Sequence record: SRR22947725_1514
DNA length: 54,056 bases
Strand: one strand, 5' to 3'
Positions 37,851 through 48,004 of this stretch are shown here, piece after piece. The notes below the pieces were generated by a model. It searched no databases, had not been told where the DNA came from, and saw only the letters and a list, made by a program, of their open reading frames with translations. Position 1 is the first letter of the stretch; every line of letters starts with the position of its first letter. Both the position numbers and the translations under genes were made by a program.

Positions 37851-39205
37851 TGAATATTGATATATTATTTTTCAACGAACACTTCAATAACAAAGAGGAG
37901 TACATTAAAGATTTAGAGTCTTTTGAAGAATATATAACTATTCATAAATTTAGTCCAAAAAGCAATGATATTTTAGTTATACCCCCTTCTCTCTCATCAA
38001 AAGGAAACCAAACAGTGTTAGTAGGAATTGACGATACTCAAGAGGCAGACCTCCTAGCTTTGGGAAGCTCTATAGGTGAACAATTAAGGGATAGTGCAGA
38101 AATTGATATTTTCAATTTTGAGGGAAATAAAGATTTGTTGGTATTAGGAATTATGTTTTCTCAGTACACGTTTGATATGTATAAGTCACAAAAAGATGAT
38201 AATAAAATTGAGTTAACATTTTCTGATTCTCTTAATGTCCAAAGCAGTGCATTGAAAAAGGAAGCAGTATTTTGGGTCAGAGACATGATTAATACACCGT
38301 CACTTGATAAGACCCCTGAGTTTTTCATAGAGGAAATCAAAGGCTTAAATAGTGAAGTCAGTATTGAAGTTCATGATGAAGATTGGCTAGAGGAGAACAG
38401 TTTTGGGGCAGTGTTAGGAGTAGCTAAGGGGTCTGAAAGAAAGCCGTATTTCTTAGTTGGAGAATATAATAAAAATGCTGATGTTCAGATTGCTCTTATA
38501 GGTAAAGGTGTGATGTTTGACTCTGGTGGTCTTTCTTTAAAATCTCCCGAAGGAATGGATACGATGAAAACTGATATGGCTGGCGCGGCAACAGCATGGG
38601 GAGTGATGAGTTTAATTTCAAAGCATAAAGTAGATATTGGCCTAACAGTATTTACACCAATAGTAGAAAATATGCCTAGTGGTAGCGCCATAAGACCAGG
38701 TGATGTTTTAAAAGCACGAAATGGAAAAACTATTGAAGTTCTAAACACAGACGCCGAAGGAAGATTAATAATGGCTGATGCTTTAGCTTATGCTTCGGAA
38801 AGAAACCCCGATTTAATTTGCGACGTTGCAACTCTTACAGGGGCATCCTATGTTGCACTAGGTCTGGATATTGGTGCAGTTTTTTCAAACAATAAAAAAA
38901 TTGAGGATAAATTTATAAAATCAACTGAAAATTCAAAAGAAAATTTTTACCCACTACCACTACATAGCGGTTACAAAAAACTTATTGAATCAGATATAGC
39001 TGACATGAAAAATACTGGTGGACGATTTGGAGGGGCTATAACAGCTGCACTACTTCTTGAGAATTTCACAAATGGTTTAGATTGGGTACATCTTGATATT
39101 GCAGGACCAGCGAGAAGTAGTAATCGAAAAGGAGCTACAGGGTTTTCAGTATTAACTTTATTTGAATTTTTTAAATCTTTTTCTAAGAATCATCCTGAGA
39201 GTTAG
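37850..39205 (+). CDS. pepA: Leucyl aminopeptidase (M17)
   Basis: GKGVMFDSGGLSLK, MKTDMAGAA, NTDAEGRL, TLTGA, HLDIAG. Confidence 0.95.
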   Translation: MNIDILFFNEHFNNKEEYIKDLESFEEYITIHKFSPKSNDILVIPPSLSSKGNQTVLVGIDDTQEADLLALGSSIGEQLRDSAEIDIFNFEGNKDLLVLGIMFSQYTFDMYKSQKDDNKIELTFSDSLNVQSSALKKEAVFWVRDMINTPSLDKTPEFFIEEIKGLNSEVSIEVHDEDWLEENSFGAVLGVAKGSERKPYFLVGEYNKNADVQIALIGKGVMFDSGGLSLKSPEGMDTMKTDMAGAATAWGVMSLISKHKVDIGLTVFTPIVENMPSGSAIRPGDVLKARNGKTIEVLNTDAEGRLIMADALAYASERNPDLICDVATLTGASYVALGLDIGAVFSNNKKIEDKFIKSTENSKENFYPLPLHSGYKKLIESDIADMKNTGGRFGGAITAALLLENFTNGLDWVHLDIAGPARSSNRKGATGFSVLTLFEFFKSFSKNHPES

Positions 39206-42080
39206 CAACAATAAAGATTAGATTATCACCTGTAGAAACTGTTCCACCTTGTGCAACATTTGTTCCTATAACCTTTCCTTGACAATCAGGTAATTCTGAC
39301 TCTTCAAAAGAATTTTTTAAAAATAGAATTACACTTGTTTCTCTCATAAAATCTTTAATTAGAACTTCAGCTTCATCTTTCGTATAGACACATGGCGGTA
39401 TGTTAGGAATAGGAGCAGTAAACTTTTTACCCGAAACCTCCAGAACAACCTCAGTTCCTTCTGGCATTTCTTCTCCACTTTCAATACTTTGAGTAAGTAC
39501 TAAACCCGGTGCTTCTTCTGAATCTACAAGTTTTATTGTTGGTAAGATATAGCCTGAGAATGCTATTTCTTCAGCATCAATAATATTTAGACCAAGCAAT
39601 TGAGGTATTTCTATAGTTGGGATTTCATAATATTTTTCAATATCACTAGGATCAGCTGGCCACTCTTCAACTGGTAAGTTTTCAACTACTTTTTCCATAA
39701 ACTCTTTCCACATTGGTGCTGGAACCCTACCACCTGAAACATTAGACACTACCTCTCCATTAATTTCTACATCAGTGAGTGGTAGCTGTTCTTCAGCAAA
39801 ACCTATCCAAACGGAGGATGTATATTGAGGAATAAATCCAATAAACCATGCTTCTCTAAATCCTTGATGAGTGCCAGTTTTTCCTGCAATTGGCCTATCA
39901 TCCAAGGCAGCTCTAGTTCCTGTACCAAATTGTGCTGCGACTTCAAGAGTTTTTCTAACTGCAGCTGCAGCTCCCGGATCTGGAATCGTAACTCTTTGTG
40001 AAGTTATGTGCTGATACAATACTTGCCCATTTGAATCTGTAATTTTTTCAATTAAATATGTAGGCGCAAGATAGCCATTATTTGCAAAAGAAGAATATGC
40101 AGAGGCAAGCTCCACTGGGGTTACAGCACCTGCACCTAAAGTTAGAGATATAACTGGATCTAAATATGAATCTATTCCAATTCTATTTGCTGTACTAGAA
40201 AGTTTTTCTCCGCCAAGTTCGGATGCGAGTTGGGCAAAAACTGTATTCACAGATTTTCTTGTAGCCTCTTCAAGAGACACCATTCCAGATGTATCCAGCA
40301 ACTTAATTGATCTATTATATTCTGATTTATCTTGGCAAGGTTTATAGATAATTTGAGTTTCAGATTCTAAATCAATTTGAATTAAGTTATTTTGTTCTTC
40401 AATTAGTAATGGATCAGTTATTACTATTAAACTTTCTCCATTTTCGTCTTCAGCTGTGAACTCTATATCCTCGGTATAAATAATTTGATTACCATTTTCT
40501 GAGTACTGTTTTAGTGCAACTCCAATAGCTAATATTTTTTCAGACTCTTCTTCGATTTCATCTAAATTTGATGCAATTGGAAATTGTTCAATAAAATCTT
40601 TGTTCTTCAACTCCTCTGGATGGAACCCTATACATTGGAGTTCTATGGCCCTATCCTGTGCAGGTATTTTGTTTATAAATCTATCCGCTGTAATTGATGT
40701 TCCATAATTCCTAACTACCCATTTGGAGCCTATACCATCAGGGGCACATGGATATCCGCAATCAATTTCCACAGGACTTCGTGAATCTCTTGTACTGTAA
40801 AGTTTCGCACCTGACTCCAAAGCAGCAAGCAGGGTTATTGGTTTAAAAGCAGAACCAGGGTTTCTTTTCCCCTGAGTAGCTAAGTTGTATTGCTCATCTT
40901 CAAATGGTAACCCAGAGGCCATAACTTCTATCGCACCAGTTTTATTGTTAATTAATGTAATAACACCAGTTGGTTTTGGTTCTGGCTCCTCAAGTTCGAT
41001 ATCTATTATTTCAGATGGAACCCATTTATCTAGAACTTTGTTTGCGTGGTTTTGTAATTCAAGATTTACAGTAATTTCAATAGTTAATCCACCTCCGCCA
41101 GTACAGGAAGTATCATCTGATGGACATCCGAATAAAGCTTTTTTCCTCTCCTCATTCGTTGAACCTAATACTGCAAATTGTGGATCATTTAGCAGTCTCC
41201 TCTTTACTTCAGCAGATACGTGTTCTGCTTTGTTAGAAAGAGTATTTGGCTCAGCAATAATTAAAGGAGCTAACCTTGCTGATCTATGCTGAATATCAAC
41301 TATGAACCCTTCTTTAAGCATGACATCTAAAACATCATTTCTTCTTTCTAAAACCCTTTCAGGATATTTCCTTGGGTTGTAATATGCCGGACTTCTGATT
41401 ATCACTACTAATGTTGCTGCTTCATCTAATGTCAATTGAGATACATCTTTATTAAAATATTCAGAGGATGCTGATTGCAAACCATAAGCACCAGCTCCCC
41501 AATATATAGAGTTAATGTAGTATTCCAAAATTTGATCTTTTGTATATCGTCGCTCCAACTCAGCAGCAACTACTGCTTCGGCAACTTTTCTTCTAATTGA
41601 AATTTCATCTCCAACAAAAGACTGCTTGGCAACTTGAGAAGTGATAGTCGAACCACCTCTAGTAACACCTCTTAGGTTATCTACAACAGCACTGAGAATT
41701 GCAATAAAATCGATGCCCTCATGCTGATAGTAGTTACTATCTTCCGCAGCCAAGAGAGTGTTAATTACAAATGGAGGAACATCTGATAATTTGATTGGAT
41801 CTCTATTTAGACCATCGTGTAATTCATCTAAGACTTGATTGTCAGAAGTAATAATAACTGAAGGTTCTGACAAAGACACAAAATCTAAAACCATTCCCTC
41901 AGCTCGAGGTAGGAATTTTTCCTCTAGATTATTTACAACTTCCATTGCAGATTTTATTGGTAAAAAGGAAAAGAAAGCAAACCAACCCGATAAAAGTAGT
42001 GCACTAACTAACACACCAAATCCAGCAATATACCTGATTCCGAATCTTGATTTGTTTTCTAAATTATGGATTTGTGCCAT
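39183..42080 (-). CDS. Class A penicillin-binding protein (transglycosylase + transpeptidase + PASTA) with a large insertion
   Basis: N-terminal TM; AED..YY.H.GID, GGSTIT.Q, RK..E, K..ILE.YIN; SxxK (GSAFK), SVN, KTGT; C-terminal PASTA-like units; TAGAAT-N6-ATG. Confidence 0.93.
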   Translation of the reverse strand: MAQIHNLENKSRFGIRYIAGFGVLVSALLLSGWFAFFSFLPIKSAMEVVNNLEEKFLPRAEGMVLDFVSLSEPSVIITSDNQVLDELHDGLNRDPIKLSDVPPFVINTLLAAEDSNYYQHEGIDFIAILSAVVDNLRGVTRGGSTITSQVAKQSFVGDEISIRRKVAEAVVAAELERRYTKDQILEYYINSIYWGAGAYGLQSASSEYFNKDVSQLTLDEAATLVVIIRSPAYYNPRKYPERVLERRNDVLDVMLKEGFIVDIQHRSARLAPLIIAEPNTLSNKAEHVSAEVKRRLLNDPQFAVLGSTNEERKKALFGCPSDDTSCTGGGGLTIEITVNLELQNHANKVLDKWVPSEIIDIELEEPEPKPTGVITLINNKTGAIEVMASGLPFEDEQYNLATQGKRNPGSAFKPITLLAALESGAKLYSTRDSRSPVEIDCGYPCAPDGIGSKWVVRNYGTSITADRFINKIPAQDRAIELQCIGFHPEELKNKDFIEQFPIASNLDEIEEESEKILAIGVALKQYSENGNQIIYTEDIEFTAEDENGESLIVITDPLLIEEQNNLIQIDLESETQIIYKPCQDKSEYNRSIKLLDTSGMVSLEEATRKSVNTVFAQLASELGGEKLSSTANRIGIDSYLDPVISLTLGAGAVTPVELASAYSSFANNGYLAPTYLIEKITDSNGQVLYQHITSQRVTIPDPGAAAAVRKTLEVAAQFGTGTRAALDDRPIAGKTGTHQGFREAWFIGFIPQYTSSVWIGFAEEQLPLTDVEINGEVVSNVSGGRVPAPMWKEFMEKVVENLPVEEWPADPSDIEKYYEIPTIEIPQLLGLNIIDAEEIAFSGYILPTIKLVDSEEAPGLVLTQSIESGEEMPEGTEVVLEVSGKKFTAPIPNIPPCVYTKDEAEVLIKDFMRETSVILFLKNSFEESELPDCQGKVIGTNVAQGGTVSTGDNLIFIVANSQDDS

Positions 42081-42156
42081 GTTCTAATTCTAGTGTCTAT
42101 AAAAATCAATTTAACATTAGGAGTAGTTATAGGATTAGATGTAAAATAGATTATTA

Positions 42157-43203
42157 ATGGATTATTCACCAGGACTTAGAGGCGTAATAGCTGGAGAAAC
42201 TGAAATTTCTACAGTTGGTATGGAAGGAACTTCTCTTAGGTACAGGGGCTATGACGCTATAGAGCTTACTAAAACAAATACTTATGAAGATGTTGCGTCT
42301 TTAATAATAGATGACAATTTAGATGGAAAATTATTTAGGCAATCATTTTCTACTCATTATAAGCAACTTCTTGAAGATATAGAATTAGTGACCCTTATAA
42401 ATCGATTAAAGCTTAATCAGCATCCTATGGATGTCATTAGAACAACTATTTCATATATCGGTGAAGCTGATGAAAGTAATAAATTAGATGCAGCAAGTAA
42501 AGTTGCTGCAATAGCTTGTTTAACAATTGCCTCGTACAATCAAGAGTCTTCAGACAAATTAGATGAAGAGTATGTCGTTGCAAGCTCGCTGCTACCAAAT
42601 AACAGTACAAAACAGCAACTTGAAGCATTAGATGACATGCTAATTCTTTATGCGGAACATGGCTTCAACGCTTCCACTTTCGCCGCAAGAGTTACTGCTT
42701 CGACAAGGTCTGACCTAATAAGTGCAATAGTTTCTGGTGTTGGAACCCTAAAAGGAGAGTTGCACGGTGGTGCCAACGAAGCAGCTGTGGAGTTAATAAA
42801 TAGTTTCAAAACTCCTAGTGAGGCAGAAGAAGGAGTCCATAAACTTCTTGAAAATAAGAAAAAAATTATGGGTTTTGGGCATGGGGTTTATAAAATTCAA
42901 GATCCAAGAAGTCCGATTGTGAAAAAATGGGTTGATGTTTTATCAAACACAGAGGAATCAATTAATAAATTTGAAATAGCAAAAACTATAGACTCAATAA
43001 TGGATTCAGAAAAAAAATTATTTCCTAATGTTGATTTTTATGGAGGATTATTGTTATCTGAACTTGGATTTGCTGTTGATGTCTTCACTCCGATTTTTGT
43101 TGCCGGTCGTTCTGTTGGATGGTCAGCTCACTATTTCGAACAAAGAACTCAAGATATTTTAATTAGACCTGCTGCAAAATATATAGGAATTGAAGAAAGA
43201 TAA
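42157..43203 (+). CDS. prpC: 2-methylcitrate synthase / citrate synthase
   Basis: GLRGVIAGET, LRYRGY, EHGFNASTF.ARV, LHGGANE, MGFGH, PNVDF; adjacent to prpD. Confidence 0.87.
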   Translation: MDYSPGLRGVIAGETEISTVGMEGTSLRYRGYDAIELTKTNTYEDVASLIIDDNLDGKLFRQSFSTHYKQLLEDIELVTLINRLKLNQHPMDVIRTTISYIGEADESNKLDAASKVAAIACLTIASYNQESSDKLDEEYVVASSLLPNNSTKQQLEALDDMLILYAEHGFNASTFAARVTASTRSDLISAIVSGVGTLKGELHGGANEAAVELINSFKTPSEAEEGVHKLLENKKKIMGFGHGVYKIQDPRSPIVKKWVDVLSNTEESINKFEIAKTIDSIMDSEKKLFPNVDFYGGLLLSELGFAVDVFTPIFVAGRSVGWSAHYFEQRTQDILIRPAAKYIGIEER

Positions 43204-44587
43204 TTCAAAGTTGAATGAAATATCTTTTAACAACATAATTACAGAGTATTTAGAATCAGAAGTTCTTTTAGATGAAGAAACTATCACTTCTACAAAATTA
43301 GCCCTTTTAGACACAATTGGTTGTATATTTGACGCTTCGATTGGAAGCCAACCTGTTTCTTATGCTACTAGAGGTGAACACACCGCAATAGAGAATCCCT
43401 TTAAATTTGCCAGCAGTATCAACAACTCTAGAGATTTGGGAAGATTTTTTACAACTTTAATACGTTGGCACGATTATAACGATACATTTTTAGCTAAAGA
43501 ATGGGCTCATCCATCAGACAACATAGGTTCATTATTTTCATACTTTATGACAAAGGGTGGTTCATTCAGAGAGTTTCTAGCATCTATTGTTAGAACATAT
43601 GAAATCCAAGGAGCACTTTCGTTAGACACATCCCTAAACAAACAAGGCTATGACCATGTATTCTTTGTAAAACTGGCTTCTGCAGCTGTTTACTCTAATC
43701 TATTGGCTAAGGATGATAAAGATATTGTTTCAAGAACTATCAACCATGTACTTCTAGACGGACCATCATTAAGGAGCTATCGACACACACCTAATGTAGG
43801 TAGACGAAAAAGCTGGGCAGCAGGAGATGCAGTTTCTAGAGCGATTGAACTTTCGGAAATATCAACACTTAAAGATGAGAAATACGAAGGAATTTTAAAA
43901 GATCAAACATGGGGGTTTGAAAGTGTTTTTTTTCAAGATGAATCGATGACTTTTGGTAAAACCTTGGATAACTGGGTAGTAAATAATATTTTGTTTAAAG
44001 TTCTTTATCCAGCAGAGTTTCATGGTCAGTCAGCTGTTGAAGCTGCTGTGAAGCTATCAAAAGAGTTTTTATTAAAAAGAAAGACAATAAAAGATGTCAT
44101 CATTGAAACACATGAACCAGCAATCAGAATTATCAGCAATAAGGATGTTTTAAACAATGCTTCTGATAGAGATCATTCTTTGGAATATATGGTATCAGCA
44201 GCTCTACTCTTTGGAAATGTAACTAGCGATAGTTATGAAGATTCGTTTCATGGTTATGAAGATATTGAAGAATTACGGAAGAAAATTACAGTACAAGAAA
44301 ATCCAGAATTTACAAAAACATATTATGAATTTGAAAAACGAGAAATTGCTAATACTGTCTTTTTAAACTTTGAAGATGGTACTTCTTCAGAGAAAATTAC
44401 TATCAGGTACCCCATTGGGCACCCAACTAGGAGGCAAGAAGCCATTCCACTGATAAAAGAAAAGTTTACTAGAAACATCTCAAGGTATTTTGACAATGAA
44501 GAAGCAAGTAATTTATGGGCATTAGTTTTTAACTTAGATTTAGATACCGACTTTAGTGAACTGACTAACCTACTATCAAATGAATAA
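43190..44587 (+). CDS. prpD: 2-methylcitrate dehydratase
   Basis: DYNDTFLA.EW.HPSDN, G.DHV, LR.YRH, KSWAAGDA, PAEFH.Q.AVEAA, GHP.RR. Confidence 0.93.
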   Translation: MKKDNSKLNEISFNNIITEYLESEVLLDEETITSTKLALLDTIGCIFDASIGSQPVSYATRGEHTAIENPFKFASSINNSRDLGRFFTTLIRWHDYNDTFLAKEWAHPSDNIGSLFSYFMTKGGSFREFLASIVRTYEIQGALSLDTSLNKQGYDHVFFVKLASAAVYSNLLAKDDKDIVSRTINHVLLDGPSLRSYRHTPNVGRRKSWAAGDAVSRAIELSEISTLKDEKYEGILKDQTWGFESVFFQDESMTFGKTLDNWVVNNILFKVLYPAEFHGQSAVEAAVKLSKEFLLKRKTIKDVIIETHEPAIRIISNKDVLNNASDRDHSLEYMVSAALLFGNVTSDSYEDSFHGYEDIEELRKKITVQENPEFTKTYYEFEKREIANTVFLNFEDGTSSEKITIRYPIGHPTRRQEAIPLIKEKFTRNISRYFDNEEASNLWALVFNLDLDTDFSELTNLLSNE

Positions 44588-45437
44588 AACTATCTATTTA
44601 CTAGTTGGGGGAGAAGCTACAAGACTCAAGCCACTATCTGAGGGAGTACCAAAAGCCCTATTGACCGTAAGAGGTGTTTCAATAGTTGATTTGATTCTAG
44701 ACAATCTAGAAAAAGCCGGTTTCGATAAATTTAAGCTAATATGTTCAATTAAACACAAAAATCAATGGGAAAATTATCAAAAAAACACAGAAAAATTTAT
44801 CGAATTATTATTTGAAACTGAAAAACTTGATACCGCAGGTTATATTGTAAAAAATATTGAAGATTTTGAGGACGAATTTTTTTGCATGAATGGTGACTTG
44901 CTTTTGGAGATGAATTTTCAAACCTTTATTGACCATGTTGAGAATGCTGTAAACTCAACTATTTGCTCTGTCCAAGTCGATGACCCATCAAGATTTGGCG
45001 TTTTACATCTTGAAAACAATAAGATCATTAATTTTATAGAAAAACCAGAAGACCTTAAATATGGCAACAATATAAGTATGGGGTTCTATTATCTTATGAA
45101 AAAAGACATACAATCAATTAGAGAAAATTTAATCATTCCATGTTCTTTTGAAAAGGATGTTTTCCCAATACTCTCAAAAAACTTACTTTTAGATTGTTTT
45201 AAAGTCAATGGAAATATGATTGATGTTGGTACAAGAGAGTCGTACATTCAAGCACATACAGAGGGAGGTTCTAATTGGATTGAAGAAAATGTAGTAATTG
45301 GAACTAACACAATTATCAGAAACAGCGTAGTATTTGAAAGTTCTAAAATTGGTTCAAATGTAGAAATTAATGAGTCCATAATTCTTAAAGATAAAATTGT
45401 GCCAAATGGCACAGTAGTTGATAAAGAAATATACTAA
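44580..45437 (+). CDS. NDP-sugar pyrophosphorylase, mannose-1-phosphate guanylyltransferase-like
   Basis: LVGGEATRLKPL...PK, NGD, FIEKP, SFEKDVFP, DVGT; short hexapeptide tail. Confidence 0.85.
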   Translation: MNKTIYLLVGGEATRLKPLSEGVPKALLTVRGVSIVDLILDNLEKAGFDKFKLICSIKHKNQWENYQKNTEKFIELLFETEKLDTAGYIVKNIEDFEDEFFCMNGDLLLEMNFQTFIDHVENAVNSTICSVQVDDPSRFGVLHLENNKIINFIEKPEDLKYGNNISMGFYYLMKKDIQSIRENLIIPCSFEKDVFPILSKNLLLDCFKVNGNMIDVGTRESYIQAHTEGGSNWIEENVVIGTNTIIRNSVVFESSKIGSNVEINESIILKDKIVPNGTVVDKEIY

Positions 45438-45442
45438 ACACT

Positions 45443-46375
45443 ATGGGTACACCTAAAGCATTAGTCACCGGTGGAGCAGGTTTTATTGGCTCGCATCTTG
45501 TAGAAAATTTAATTAATGAGGGTTATGAGTTAATGGTCATTGATAATCTCTTAAGCGGGAAAAAAGAGAATATTCAGAATATTATCACTGAAAATATTCA
45601 CTATGGCGATATTGGTTCTGATGAAATCTTAGACAAAGTAGTTTCTTTCAATCCAGATGTATGCTTTCACTTAGCTGCACAGGCATCAGTTGTTATATCT
45701 GTAGAAGACCCAATGTTAGATTTCGAACACAATATCTTACAACCTCTCAAGCTTATCAAAACACTTCTTGATACAGGCTGTAAAAAGTTTGTTTTTTCTT
45801 CATCAGGAGGGACAATTTTCGGTGAGCCGGAAGTCATCCCCACTTCGGAAACTGATTTTGCCGGAGAGCCAGAATCTCCATATGGAGTTGCAAAAAAAAG
45901 ATTAAACGAGTTTATTGAGTTATTGTTGAGCGACACCGAAATGTCTTATTCAATTTTAAATTTTTCTAATGTGTATGGACCCAGACAAGATCCAAATGGG
46001 GAAGCAGGTGTAATCTCAATATTTACAAGTAAAATGATTAATAATTCTGAACCAACAGTTTTTGGTGATGGTGAGCAAACAAGAGATTACATATACGTAC
46101 AGGATGTTGTTGATGCACTGATCTTATCGTCAAAAATTGAAACCGACTTATTTTTAAATATAGGAACAGGTATTGAGACATCAGTAAACCAATTAGTTGC
46201 AACTTTAAAAAAGACAATTGGTTATGAAGGTAATATCATTTATGAACCAAAACGAGATGGTGAGCTCTTAAGAAGTGTGCTTAACAATTCAAAGGCAAGA
46301 AAACTATTAAAATGGGAGCCAAAATTTACATTGGATAAAGGTATATTTGAATTGATTAAGTGGCTTAAAAGTTAA
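45443..46375 (+). CDS. NAD-dependent nucleotide-sugar epimerase (GalE-like)
   Basis: TGGAGFIGSH, HLAAQ, SSGG, YGVAK, NVYGPRQ, GDGEQTRD; TATACT-N7-ATG. Confidence 0.92.
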   Translation: MGTPKALVTGGAGFIGSHLVENLINEGYELMVIDNLLSGKKENIQNIITENIHYGDIGSDEILDKVVSFNPDVCFHLAAQASVVISVEDPMLDFEHNILQPLKLIKTLLDTGCKKFVFSSSGGTIFGEPEVIPTSETDFAGEPESPYGVAKKRLNEFIELLLSDTEMSYSILNFSNVYGPRQDPNGEAGVISIFTSKMINNSEPTVFGDGEQTRDYIYVQDVVDALILSSKIETDLFLNIGTGIETSVNQLVATLKKTIGYEGNIIYEPKRDGELLRSVLNNSKARKLLKWEPKFTLDKGIFELIKWLKS

Positions 46376-47076
46376 AGAAAAAAATCTTCTCCATCTGATC
46401 TTAATATTTCACTAACACCTTTATTCGAAAATTTATAGAAGTACCCTCTTACAATTGCGATTGGAACTTTATCAACTTTATTCATTACTAGTTCCGAAGC
46501 ACCTGCAAGCTCATCAATAATAGCTATTTCAGTTGCCTTCAAGTCATTCCCATAGGAATCAGTTGTTCCAATATAACTTGCTAGTGGCTCTATACCTGAG
46601 CATCCAATGGCAACGTTGGTCTGCCCCTTTCTCCATGCTCTACCAAATGTGTCACTAATTATTATTGCTACATTTATTCCGTATTGTGCTTTTAACTTTC
46701 TTCTTATCGTACTGGCTGTTTTATCTGGATCTTCGGGCAAAAGTAGGGCATAGCCTACATCAATATTTGATTTATCTATTCCTGCATTTGCACATATAAA
46801 TCCATGTTTTGTTCTTGAGATGATTGTTTCTCCACGTTTTCTGAGAATCTGAGTAGATTCATTTTCTAAAAGTTTATTAATATCAATGTCTTTTAAATCA
46901 ACAATCATATCTTCGATTTTTGAAATAATTTTCTGAGTTATAATCAGAACATCACCTTCAACTAAGTTTAATTTATTTATATTAAGTGCATCTTCCAAAA
47001 TTTTTAACAAGTCATCATTTTTCTTAAATTCTGGAAGTCCTAGTACAGGTATAATTTCAACAATTTTTTTATTCAT
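46372..47076 (-). CDS. cofE: Coenzyme F420-0:L-glutamate ligase (single domain)
   Basis: GLPE, KIISK.E, CANAGIDKSN, LPEDPD, ISDTFGRAWR.G, DELAGA. Confidence 0.93.
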   Translation of the reverse strand: MNKKIVEIIPVLGLPEFKKNDDLLKILEDALNINKLNLVEGDVLIITQKIISKIEDMIVDLKDIDINKLLENESTQILRKRGETIISRTKHGFICANAGIDKSNIDVGYALLLPEDPDKTASTIRRKLKAQYGINVAIIISDTFGRAWRKGQTNVAIGCSGIEPLASYIGTTDSYGNDLKATEIAIIDELAGASELVMNKVDKVPIAIVRGYFYKFSNKGVSEILRSDGEDFFL

Positions 47077-47962
47077 TTTTTAATATTTCTTTAGCTAATT
47101 TTATTGCAACACTTTCATCTGAAAATAAAATATTCCAAGCTCTAACATTCTCTTCCAATTCTTCATTTTCGTGAACAAAAAATTGGTTTGCAATATCCTT
47201 ATAAAAATCTTTTAATCCTTTTATATTTGCTTCAAATCCAAAATCGTTAAAATTTTTATCGGAAGGACCCTTTAATGCTTTCTCGTTTATAAAGGGGCTC
47301 ACAACTGTAACATCATCATGAGATGAAATGATTTCCCTTATTTTTTGAATACTCAATATGGGTCCTATTGAGAGAATTGGGTTTGATGGACCAATTATTA
47401 TTTGATCAGCTTTAGTAAGTGTCATTGAGACCTCATCAGTTATGTTTGCTTCTTCAGAACCTAAGTAATCAACTTTTTTTAATTTTGGGACAGCCTTTCT
47501 TTCAACGAAATACTCTTGAAAGCTTAAAACTTCATCATCAATTGTTGTAAGAGTTGTTTTAATTTTATCGTTTGACATTGGTAGTAAAGTGCAATTTAAA
47601 TTGTAGAACTCTGTGAAACTTCTAGTGACTTCTGTAAGAGTTTTACCTTCATTAATCAATTGATTTCTATATAACTTAAGGGCCAGGTCTTTATCACCAA
47701 TAGAAAATTCTTGTTCTTGATACTGTTTATATAAAGAACTTACATTAAAAGTATCATCTTTTTGTCCCCAGCCAAATTCTCCTTCTATTCCTGCCAGAGC
47801 ATACATTACAGAATCTATATCAGGTGATAGCTTCACGCCATGTATATTTTCATCATCTCCTGTGTTGATGACAATTGCTAGGTCAATATTTTCTAGAGCA
47901 TAAAATCCTTTTGCTAATTTTGCTCCACCAATTCCACCAGAAATATATGCTATCTTTTTCAT
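47069..47962 (-). CDS. cofD: FbiA/CofD transferase (F420 biosynthesis)
   Basis: SGGIGGAK, NTGDD, SPDIDS..Y.LAG, GDKDLA, FQEYFV, PSNP..SIGPI. Confidence 0.93.
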   Translation of the reverse strand: MKKIAYISGGIGGAKLAKGFYALENIDLAIVINTGDDENIHGVKLSPDIDSVMYALAGIEGEFGWGQKDDTFNVSSLYKQYQEQEFSIGDKDLALKLYRNQLINEGKTLTEVTRSFTEFYNLNCTLLPMSNDKIKTTLTTIDDEVLSFQEYFVERKAVPKLKKVDYLGSEEANITDEVSMTLTKADQIIIGPSNPILSIGPILSIQKIREIISSHDDVTVVSPFINEKALKGPSDKNFNDFGFEANIKGLKDFYKDIANQFFVHENEELEENVRAWNILFSDESVAIKLAKEILKNE

Positions 47963-48004
47963 CTTGCTCCGATATCTATTAAATATTCATGTAACATTTT
48001 ATTA

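Noticed and set aside
40290-40700. Intein in the PBP
   Set aside because: No block A at the insert start, no terminal His-Asn followed by Cys/Ser/Thr, and the domain is extracytoplasmic.
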